From Phoronis australis (Eukaryota; Animalia; Phoronida), in contig NMRA01000478.1 of assembly GCA_002633005.1 (NCBI GenBank), forward strand, positions 253,594 through 317,593: a stretch of DNA of 64,000 nt, given 5' to 3'. The notes under the pieces are model-generated. The model was given only the letters and a program-made list of their open reading frames with translations, was not told where the DNA came from and made no database searches. The position numbers and the translations under genes are program-made. Positions within the stretch are counted from its first letter, which is position 1. Each line of letters starts with the position of its first letter. Shown here in pieces: positions 37,299 through 49,200 of the stretch.

Positions 37299-40200
37299 TT
37301 AGTTGCTGATACTACCAAAACGTACGCGTGAGTGTGAAACTCCCCGGTTGTAGAAATATGAAGCGCACGTCTGACAACATGTTCGCCAGTTTCCTGGGAC
37401 TGTGCAGTGGGCAGGCTTGCACCCACTGTTGCGGTCACCGTAAGCGCAGCCTGCGAAGAAATAATGTACAATGAGAGAATCAATTTCTATTCTGCTGATT
37501 TGTAGCACCAAACTACAGTTTTTAATTGCTACATGGGCTTGCGACAAATCTCGCGACATTTTATTACTGTCTAGGACGAGATTTTTTGTAGTATTTAGTG
37601 GGCTAAGTCAAGGATTGATATGTGGTGTTCAGTCATTCACCCTCAAGAAAATACCAGAGGCCATCGTTAACTCAAATTTTAAAGCTTTCCAGACCTATGA
37701 AATGACAATAAAGCTGTGACTGAACTGTTACTGAATAAAAGACTGGTAATTTTGACTAACCTGGTATTGCAATGGCCGCTTTCAGTTTGCCGCAAGACTC
37801 ACAACAACGGTTTTCGAAAAATCTGCTGTAACAATTTTGTGTGTCGGCGCAAGTATCTTTGGAGTTGGCAAAGACTGGACCAGGAGTGTCGCCATGAGGA
37901 CACGTGTCTGTAGGAGTAAAGGTAAGTTCTGGTTAAGCTAGGGAATGCATTAGGGCTAACATGCACATGTCACGATTTTCTCGTACAAAAGACCTGAAAA
38001 CTATGTGCCAGACTGATTCATTAATTCGGAAATAATAAAAACATTCTAGCGCTTGTTATATTGTAACGGGTTTGGCATGAAGTTCTGGAAGAGATCACGT
38101 TTACACGAGCAATTTTGCCTGAAATTTCGAACTCAAAAATACGCCTATTTCAGCTACGGTAAGTTCACCAACTGCTTGCGGGCGTTCTGTACAAAAAGCT
38201 GATGCTCACCTGAAGCTTCAGGTGCTTTTGGATCGTGGACGCATTTGCCATTCTGACACCACTGCAACAAAATATGGATAGTTTATTTGCTGCACATGAC
38301 CAGATGGGCATCAAGGGACATTGCCGTGATAAGCGCCAGGGATTTAGTGGGGCGAGCGGAATGTCACAAGTTTGTCAAATTGGTAAAGGTGAACACCACC
38401 TCCCCCCAATCGGGACCTCCCAAATCCCCCAACGTGTTATAAATCCCCAGTGGTTATCTATAATTAACGACCGCCAGATGGTAAGTCTTATGCCCGTCCT
38501 GGTCACCTGACATTTGGTACGTTTGTTCACAAGCCCCATGGTGGAGTTTCTTTTTAACATGAAGATTAGTCCAAGTATTGGCAATTAAGAGAAAAAATTC
38601 ACAATATCGGATGCTGTCTAAAAATACAATATATGGAGATACCAAGTAAACCACAAAGTTTCCACTCAGGCAATGCGTACATGTGTCATTTTAGAATTCG
38701 CAATTATAGGGCAAGCCAACCTCAGTGAACTCTGAAGTCTTTCTTGGGTCCCCAACGGTTTCGATGTTCTATCGATACCTATCACGGAAAAAATACTATG
38801 AAATCGGTTGTATAAGAGTAAAAGGTGTGTAATTCGTTTTTCGTTTTTATCCAGCTAAGTATGGGAAATGCAAGTACATTTGTAGTACCGATACACACCC
38901 ATTCCAGTAAAACATTTTTCAAAAATAAGACACAGATAAGTAAGATAAGTCACATTAACCATTTCCAAACATTAAAACAAGTACTGATTTCCCCATATTT
39001 TCTGTGAAATACAATACATTGCAGTTGAATCAAAATCAATGTCAATTTGTACCTTACGGTTGCCGCACGTGGTACCACGGGCAGCCTTCAGCGACCCCGG
39101 GCGGTAACATCCCTTTAGTGTTGGATGGTAACAGTACATCAACCTACAAATCATCTGGTCTTGTCTTCTTCCCTGAAACGGGAAATGAATTGCACGGCAA
39201 GTGAATGTTGACATAAAACTGAAACTGTTTTTTTAACTTATGCCCAACGCACATGCATATATTGAGCTGAAATCAAGCATTTTCAGCGACTATACAACCA
39301 AAAGTGTTTCCACGACAAACTATAGTATATGACTTGGAACTATTTGTTGACTGTGCAGCTACTGACGATGTTTGAGTGAAGTTCAGCCAATCGCCAGGCG
39401 GTGTACACAAGGATAGATCAAAATCCGAGTAATTTAGTGTGCGCGTCCGTTTAATGAATACAATATATGGAAACATGAATGTTCTCCTAAATTTGTTCTG
39501 GTTTTGTTCGTATTATTGTTGTGGCCAAAAACGATATTATGTTTATACCATATTTGATATTCTCTGCAAATAATCTAAAACCAGCGAAGCTTGGAAGCGC
39601 CCGAACAAGAAAAACACACGGGTTTAGGAGGATGTGAGGGTTGTGGCCTCCCTTGTCTGCAATTGAAAAGCATAGACTGTCTAGGACAATTGGCTGTGTT
39701 TCTCATTTGCCGGGTATCTTGGTTGTCGCCTCTTGTGTCGCCCTGGCGACCATATACCCGGAGTACAGCAACAGATGCCGTCAACAGCCACGTAAATTTT
39801 CGACAATATGGGTCTAGTACAACATAGGTCACAACACACAGTCTCGCGGCACCCAAAATCCGCTAGTAAAGATAAGAACGCCTCTACTGTGAACACTCTG
39901 CCTGGAAGATGATTTCCCGGAGGGAACTAATTCGGATTTATTTAAAGTATTTCGTACTGGATGTAGATTTAAAACAATAAATGATTTACCCCGCAGTAAT
40001 AAGACAGTTGACCGTACACCTGTCGACACTGGTCATCCGGTGTGTTCTGCTGACCAGGCTGTATGCTGAGATGTGACTCCCACTCGGTATTGTTGATAAA
40101 ATCCTTGGCTTTGTTCAAAAGGCAGTTCCTGCCGTATCTGTAAGCAGCCATCGAAGTCAGAAATTAAGGTTAAGTTTGTGTAGGGCCCTAGAAACATGGT

Positions 40201-43200
40201 CAAATTTAAATACCTCAGAAATGGCGGACCGGATTCACCGGAAACTTCCAGACGCCACGCTTTGTGCACTGTTCTATGGGTACAAAACGTTATTAGAATT
40301 GTTTTTTAAAATGTTTCACTGTAATCAGCGTCTTTTGATATTTCATCTTGGACATTTGTATCAAACAAAATTTGGTTTTGTTATCAATGCCTTTGTTTTG
40401 CTATGATTATCCCTTTCTTTTTTCTGAATGTAACTAAGACGCGAGGACACGTGACCTAATTAATGGGAGATTGGCAAAATGTCAGGCTTTCTACTTTTAG
40501 AAAATATACATTTTTACTGAGTTGAAATGTACAGTTTTCTAGATGTTTGATTTGAATACACCAACTTGTCCATAAGGTCCTGCATAAACTTAAGAGTCTG
40601 AATCAAAGTCAGTCTGCTCGCAAACAGGTTTGTTTCAGCACTGAACATGCAAATCTCAAACTTAAGTCTTTGATCGTAAGGCAACACTTGTGTGAAATTT
40701 CTTTTAAAACTTCTGACTCTACAATAACCAAATAATACTCCGAACTTCACCTGTTAAGTCGGTCGACATAGTCCCTAGCATCCCTCTTGGAACATTCCGA
40801 GAAAGTGCTTCTATGGTCATAGCTGCTCGTCTGCTTAATAGGAGTCATGATAAACTGGTGTATGGCCGAGCAGTTGTTGTTATCGCCGTCATGATCAATG
40901 TCAAATCTGCCGGAAAGAAAATGGCTATACTTCTTTGTAGAAAATTGACAGGATTTAGTCCCGCACGTGCATAATATGCGTAAGACAGGATTATATAGTT
41001 TGCCATTGAGCAAACTGGTTGCAGTTGAGACGATTTCACGTCATGACGTTTGTCGCCCTTTTCCGGAAGTATAACCCACTTGCCTAGAAGACGAATCATG
41101 TTCGTACCAAGCACAGCGTTTATCAAAACGCTCATACATTTAGTTATAACAATTTTAGCAAAAGTATACTAATATTTTCGTTCTTGTAAAATTTCGCTAG
41201 TTGACAATGGCGTCCCTGGGATTTCTGAAGGGAGACTCTGAATATTTGATCGGACAGGTGATGTCTTGATCGTTGGATGCATTTTTCTACAGATTGAAGC
41301 ATCAAAGAAATCCCTGAATTCACCTATGACTTGGCATTATTCTGGTTAGTTGGAATTTGTTCTGAATAGTCTCAGTAAAGTTGCACAGTTTCAACGTTCA
41401 AGGTGCGGCGAAACTTACGCGTGCGCCAGTTCGTGTGCCGCCGTGCTGGTCGTGGCATGAGTCCCGCGGTCTTCAACCACCGACTGACTCGCAGAGTAGC
41501 ACATGCCCTTTCGGAACCCCATACCTGTGCAAATAAGTCAAAAAGGCAAAGGTAGCATTCTTGCACGTGAAGAACGGCAACGTTAATCGTACTTAAGAAC
41601 AGTTACTAGCTCTAACTCGATACAGTACGTGTCGGTATAGGGAAACATTGCGTAGAAAGAATGTGAATCACTATGCAACGTACCCAAAACGTCCGAATGC
41701 AAAGTTCCATTGAAACCGATTTCACACAGATCGTACCTAAAATGAAATCATGAGGAATTAACGTGAAGTAAAATCGACCAGGGCTGGATGCATGAAACTG
41801 AAATGTTCCTCTGGATAAATGTGATCGTTCCATGCCACGTCATCGTTGTTCTCAAGCGTTTAACTCTGATGCAACCAAGCCCAGAGGTGCGTTTCGTGAA
41901 AGTGACTTCAGACTTAAAACAGAAGTTTGGTCTCACGCTTCCGCTTCATAGGTGCCAAAAAATGTTTAGCCCAGTAAATATATACATGTACATATACATA
42001 TACATTTACATATACATATATATATATATATATATGAGCCCATCATAGTCTAGACATCATTTCTAGAAATTATCTCAGTAAGCAGCAGATACACCTGTAT
42101 CTGTTTATTTTCAAAGGCTTTGCATTTTGCTCCAGTGAGATGAAATGTTTTTCGGAAATAGTTGTGAGGAGTGTAAGACCAAATTTCTGTCTTAAGTGCA
42201 GCTGATTGGATAAGTCAAGAGTTACATTTCAAGAAAGTCATAAGTTACTTTTCATGAAACGGACCACAGAAATTCAAGTAATTTGGCGGTAAAAATTCGA
42301 AATCCAAAGAGTATGAGCATTTTTGTCAACGTGTACAATGAAAGGTCTGGTGTGTTCGACCCTTCCATAATGTCATTCTTTGCAGAGGAAACCACCTCCA
42401 TAAAACAGGTGCTAAAAGTACGTGAAAACTGTTCTCTACTTGAATATTCACAAGAGTTGGAGTAACCCTTTGATACGCAGCATAAACTAAGTAAATTTAT
42501 CTTACCCTGTCAAGAGCATTGCGTGATCGTGCGGCTGCAGTGTACGGTGGATAGTTGGGTTGCTGATCCAGAAATGAAAATTGTTGAGGACTTTCAGTAT
42601 TTCAACTAGATCTCGACTCCTGTTGCCGTTGGGAGACTTCAGACGGATAGATTCCGTGAAGGGGGCCATGCTGGACTCCTAAGGAAATGTTCAGAATTCC
42701 CATGGTGATCATTTTCTGTTACCAGTAAAGGTGCATGTCACACTGAATTTAACAACGTTTGCACAAGTCTGTGCAGTGGATATCACGAACTTCTTCAAAG
42801 ATAAGAGGAAGATGACCGCATGAATGCTTGGAGTTAGCACATAAAACTACCCAACCCCATGCAAGAATCGTTGCGATATTTGGCTTTCGAAAGATGAAGT
42901 CTTAAAACTAGTTTCCTTTTGTTTGCGCACGATAATTGTTGAACTACGACACGAAGTGCATTATTTGTGCATGGTGAACGAAGGTCTGTCTCCCAAAGGT
43001 AGAGATTAAAAGGAGTTCTTTGCAAACATGAATTTTTCATTAACCTTACGCAAGATGCAGTCTTTGAGGGTCAGATAAGAATTACGAGTTACCAGTACCA
43101 CTTACAGTGGCGACATATATCCCCGTTAACTTGATCTTAAATTCATATTCATCTGTTTGAAGAGAAGAGTAGATCTTGTCCATCTGTAAAAGCCGCAAAC

Positions 43201-46200
43201 ACACAGTGTTGGTCACGAGATTACGAAACGGGAACAATACGTCCTATATATCTATCAAATGTAGATGCAAAATTTAGGAATTTAAAAATTAAGCGATGTG
43301 TGAATTACAGCCGTGTTTCAGACACAGATAGGCTGTACTGGATGTTTCGTTGACGTCATTATGGTCGACTTTCCGCCCTACTCCGTTTTTGACGTGATTA
43401 TTAATGTCTACTGTCCATACTTTTACGTTCAACCAAATTACAAACCTGCCAAAGCAATTTGTTTCGAATTTGTTGGTAATTTGAATCTTCAGTGATTGCC
43501 TCTCCCCAGTGGCCCCCTAAAAATCGTTTTATCTGCTTTTTATCAAGCTAAATCACGCGACAGTGCATGCAGTTACGTGGGCATTTCGAACGCTTCTCAC
43601 TTACATTGTGCACAACATGTACCACGTGGTGACGTAGCGCTTGTATGGCGTCGCGGGACTTTTCCTTTTCCCCGCTTTTAGAGCTTTTGTCGTGATATCT
43701 GCAGATGAGGCAAGTCAGGTTTACATGTCTCTCGGTCATAACTCGTCATTTGACATAACCTGATCATTCAAATAGGCGGGATTTCTAAACAAAATGAAAC
43801 TTGATCTTTGTATTATAATCCCTGCATTATCTTTACGGAGAAAAACAGAAACAAAAAGCGACAAACCTCTTATATAAAGCGTAATCGACAACAACTAAAA
43901 CTTCAATGGTTAACTGCTGGAGTGGGTTGTTCTCCTTCTGCAGCAGCGATCCCCAACTGTCCTCATTGTCTTCTTGAGTTGAAACGGAAATTGTAGGTGT
44001 CAATTGAATTGTTGTTGGTGTGGGCGCCATTGTAGTAATAGAGGGTGCGCTTGTACTTGAGTCTGCCGCAGTCAACGACTGTTCTGTCGTGTGATCGGTT
44101 AGTGGCGAGCTCGCTGTTGTCGACTGCTCTGTCATGTGATTGGTTAGAGGCAAGATCGTTGTTGACGGGTTTGGATTTCTAGTCCAAGTTTGTATGTTTC
44201 GAGGCATTGACGGAGGTGAGTTGGTTGATGTCATTTGTAAGTAATTATCTTTCACGGTTGTTTGCTGTAAATCTTCTTTTGTGACAAATTGGAAATTTGT
44301 TGTCTGTCGTGTCTGACTTGTTGGTTTTTGTGTAATGGTGGAATCTGGGAGTTCTGGTGAAGTGCCGAGATGATGATGTTCTGACGCAACAATAATTTTA
44401 TCTAGAACTGTAGTTGTTGTCGCGGTCGTTGATTTTCGGTATAATCGCAATCTGCGGCGTGTTTGCTCTCTAATTTTCTTCAGCCATCTCAAATAAATGG
44501 GTGACTGCTGTAATTTTGTAACGTAGCTGGCTTTGGTGACTGGAGCTGTCGTCGTCATTGCTAGTGTTCCTGTTGTTGTTGTTTTTCTTTCCGAACCTTC
44601 AGTCTTCCTTGCCAAAGTTGATTCAATTGGAGACGAATCCATTACGGTTGCTATGGCAGGAGTTGTTGCTTGCGTGATCTTTACTGACATAGCCCTCTGA
44701 TCTTGTGTCTTAAGAATCGTATAGTGGAAGTTATCTTGACGCCTGTGCGTGGAATCAAATTTATACCCCGTTGTTGTAATACCATCATTATAAGAGATCA
44801 TCGGCGTTGGTGTGGTGATTGAAGTGCGAGTGCTGGAGCTTCTGGAAACCATCTCTCTAAGGCGCATTCTTATTTTGCGCAGCCATTCTGGTTCTACGTA
44901 AGACCCACGCCGTCTAGTTGCATATTCAGACCGAGACCTGGTTGTTGTGTCGACGCTACGTGTAGAACTAATTGGTTTTGGAGTGGAAGAATTGGAATCA
45001 TCGTTCTCCAGATTTTCTTTGTCCCAAACATTGCCACTGGGAAGGCCATAAGTCCTCTGAACGACCGTAGAAGTTTCAAATAGGCTTCCTCCTGCTGAGT
45101 GGTGACCAGAAGATGAGGAAACAAATTGTGCACTGTGACCAGGAGCACCGAGTGAGGGAATATTTATAGGAGACGAAGGGTCTGAGGTAGGCATTGTTCG
45201 CCTACCTCCACGACCAATGTTGTTGTATCTCCCAGATATGAACACGCTCCTGGTCCTGTTTAAGAATGGTCTAGAATACTGATTTGAGCGACGGTCTTCT
45301 GCAACGCGATGCCGTGGCCTCTGCCACCACATGTTACCGTAATTACGCGAATTGGTGCCAGGAATTGAGTTACCATTATTTGTTCTCGGTGCTGTGGTAT
45401 AGTCTTCTGATGGATGTCTCCCTGGGTTAATGTGATCTGAATTTCTCACGAGGTTGTTAAATGTCGGTGGGTTATATCCGACGCGAGACGCCCAAGATCC
45501 ACGCCTCTGCGACAAGCCTCGCTGTCTATCGAGTGATTCGATTTGGCGACTAAGCTCTCTCATCATTGCGTCTAATCGCTGCTGAAGTGCTAAATAACGC
45601 CCAGAGTCTCTTCTTGGTGTCAAATTTTCCGTTGACGACGACGGAACTCTTGTTTGACTCCCACGATTGTGGTGCGAATAGGAAGGAGCTCCCGGGCCTC
45701 GTGGGCTCCTACGGTAGCTTGGAAAGTTCGTGAAACGACGTCTACCATTGTTATGTCTGGACTGCCAACTGGAAAACCCGCCACCATTTCTTGCCTATAA
45801 ATTACAAGAAGAAAACGTGTTGTTATAAACTTTGAGTATTTGAAAGAAGGCAAAAATCTAGAATGAAAGACATAAATTGAGGGTTCTCAGCCTCAAATCA
45901 TAGCACCATTTAAAAGTGTGCATGTTACTTTAAAACCCGGCGGCAAGTAAAGGTTAAAAGCCAGTGTTAAAGCCTTTGAAATTTCCCCAAAATGAAAAAA
46001 ATGGAATAGGCCCGGTTTGGTGTCAGCCAGGCGGGCATAATGGAGGGTGATTATTTCGGATGATTTTCAGTGGTGCTGTGAAGCTCTGACGTGTAAAACG
46101 TCCACCCATTTGACCTCTGATAATCTGGAACTGGAAGTAAGCCGTTTTTAAAGCATTTCTTTGTTCAGCCGAATATTTTCCCGCAAATACTTTTCAGACG

Positions 46201-49200
46201 AATAGAAAATGGAAATAAATCTACTTGTAATCACTAAGTTCTCCTTTTGAAACCCGCAGGGCAAGAGCAATTTGAATCGAGTCTCCGGTCTAGAATAGGG
46301 GCGAATGTGAATTCCCATTTCTTGGTCATTTTGGCTCGTCAATTGTTTCGGTGGACGTACCGAGGAAAAACGTTCTGACTTTGTTGAATCTATTCTTCCA
46401 TGAGAAACACCATCGTGTGTGCTTTCTTTGAGTTTCGCGTTTCTTTCCTTTCAAGTGTCTTGAGGCAGAGTGGTAAGAAGGGAGTGTGTTGAACCAGTTT
46501 ACGATTTTTGACTGTAGACCTGTGCCGTTTTCCCAAAGAAATTGTTCTATTCAGCGCTTTGTATAATTTTTGTGATACAACCGACAATGCTTGGCTGAGT
46601 CAGATTTCCACTGAGAATACTCATAGCTATTACATTAACAATATCAATAAAACGTATTTTGAGACCCGCGTTCACCGACTAAAACGCCTCCCCGTAACAT
46701 TTTCAGCCAGCCGTTTTCCCAAAGAAATTGTTCTATTCAGCGCTTTGTATAATTTTTGTGGTACAACCGACAATGCTTGGCTGAGTCAGATTTCCACTGA
46801 GAATACTCATAGCTATTACATTAACAATATCAATAAAACGTATTTTGAGACCCGCGTTCACCGACTAAAACGCCTCCCCGTAACATTTTCAGCCAGGTTT
46901 TCGTGTTATTTTTTGTAAGAAAAGCTGCAAGAAGGCACATAAGCAGAATTTGAAACATCTTGGTTTGCCAAGCAGTGAGTCGAAAAACCTGCATCAACTG
47001 TGCTAACCTCAGGCTTTTAAACCCCACAGATGTTTCCCTATGGAACTAGCTTGAATAGCCAACCCTTTTTATACTTTGTTTGTTGAAACAAAACGAATCG
47101 CAGCAGCAGGATATTCAATGGGAAAGGAGCACTTTGGTAAAATTGAAATGGTTGCCCTCTTCCACAGGTGGAGCTGGTATCACTGGGAAAGTGTAAGTAA
47201 ATGGTCATCAATCCAAGCGGTGCAATTTGCCGAACCTACATGTAGGATGTCATAATGTTTTGCCGTCATGACGGCTAATTCTGTTCACAACAAAAGCTAC
47301 TGGTAATAACTATTAGGGTGGCAAAAATTTAATTGCAGAATGGCTTTGACACGTTACTAACTTTTCTGTCCACTCCCTTCATTCTCGGTCGAGAGAGAAT
47401 ACTACTCTGATGAGGAATTCGCCACCCAGCCGTCATGACGGGGAATTCCGCTATGTCTGAACACTTTTTACTTGTTGTTTAATATACTGTATGCCTGCGG
47501 ATGCTCTAACAACGGACATGCTAAGTTTTGGTGATGGTTGTATGTGGGGTTGGCTCTCTGGATCCCCTTAATCCACCGACGCGCTTTCTAGAGGAGAATC
47601 TCCGGGCACTTACCACGTCCCGTCTTCTTCTGTTATGAAATATCCATTTAACATTACTGTCAGACTCCCGAGGGAAATTGAAGGCATTTGTCGACACTGG
47701 AAAATAAGAATCTTGTAAACAAAGTACCCAGAAAGAAAACAGACAAAGGACACGACTTCAATATTTTGAAATACGACAACAATCAGTGATTGAATACCAA
47801 CTTTGATTTTTGTATATTAAAATGTGGGTTTTACTATGGGGAAACCCTGTCTTAATTTGTCCCAATAACCGTGAAAAAACTGACCGATAATGTTGCAATA
47901 GAGATACATGCATTGAGAACTGAATGTTTCACGTTACGAAAAGAGCTGCAAATGGTTAAATGGAACTGTTAAACGCTTTGAATGCGACTTGGTGATGCTG
48001 GTAAATTCCACATATTCCATGAGGTTTTAGTCGATTTTTATAAAAGCGAAATTAATAAACATGATAATTAAGTAAAGCGAAAATGGGATTCTGCGAGCAA
48101 GACCCTAAATACAGACGTTCTGTGACTCCTGACTCGCTGTAATTGCTGTGATGTATATTGCCTCACTTCATTCGTGTTATCGCCCCGTCTACAATGCCTG
48201 TCGAGCGCAACGTTAGGTGCTGGCAAGACCGACACACTTATCGCCTGGCGGCGACAATATGTGTCGAGTGTGACAGCGTATACTGTTACACTGAGATGTC
48301 ACGTGAACTTGTTTGGCTGTGTACATGTACAAGTAAACCTACGCAATACTGCTGGCATGTGAATCCAAACTTTGACGAGTGACCCACACGGTAGCTGAAG
48401 TATGATGTGGGGTCCAGCGTTCGAGTAGGGGGGCGACATAAAGTAAGAGGGAAATAACTCTCTTCTTTACTGTCCCAATGTGTATGTTTACCAAATGTAC
48501 GCTCCTGCAAACGCGGCTGGGAACAGGCGTGGTTACCATACAGTGTCGGATCTAGGATATCACAGGGGGGGCCCAACATTTTTTTCCGAAAACATTTGCT
48601 CAAAGCACAATTGTAGATGCGCATAGCACCGAATGGAGGAGGTCGGGAGGGGGTTTGCCATAATCACCTGTACCTTAGTGCTCAACGTGCTACATCCTGG
48701 CTGTTGACAATACTTCCCTGGACTCCCCCTGACTATGGATCTGCGTGTGTGCTCAAAAGCCTGGTATGCAAACTACCATTCAACACAGTTGTTGATGACA
48801 AAATGTGGCGGTGTTCACAGCAAACACCGTGGAACTCAACCCGATATGGATGTTGACAACATATATATTGTCGCGCTCGTGGCCTGGGCGACAATGTGTG
48901 TCGAGTGCTGCAATATATGTCACAATTGTTGTTCTTGTGTTTTATCCGAATCTGTTATCAATGATCAAATCAAATGGCAAATTGTTACGATTATCGAGGT
49001 TGGGACTGAAGATTGCGGGACGTCTCGAACATTGAGCAGAGTTCCTCAGAACGGAGGCGCGAAAGAACGCAGCTTACACGCACCGGCCGGTATTCTTAGA
49101 ACGTACTCGGCGTCACCACTTCTGATTTGAGGAATCGTTGTCATCATTTTAATTTACTTTCTATAGAAATCGACTGAAAACTCCAGAGAATACATCTTAA

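Noticed and set aside
39575-39900. Cys-rich ORFs in a protease intron
   Set aside because: The obvious acceptor gives an in-frame TAG, and the flanking exons splice cleanly without it.
41779-41810. Alternative protease micro-exon (GTFQFHASSP)
   Set aside because: It is phase-compatible but has a weak donor and lies in a MITE end. Exon 41684-41736 gives the expected GYDLC motif.
43833-45623. 596 aa ORF as a stand-alone mucin gene
   Set aside because: It starts at TTG, stays open upstream to an acceptor at 45794 and ends in the M12B first strand followed by a GT donor, so it is an internal exon.
48286-49148. Candidate prodomain exons of the protease
   Set aside because: The acceptors I tested give stops in the required phase and show no prodomain similarity. 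Direct 54033-to-47696 splicing is in frame.
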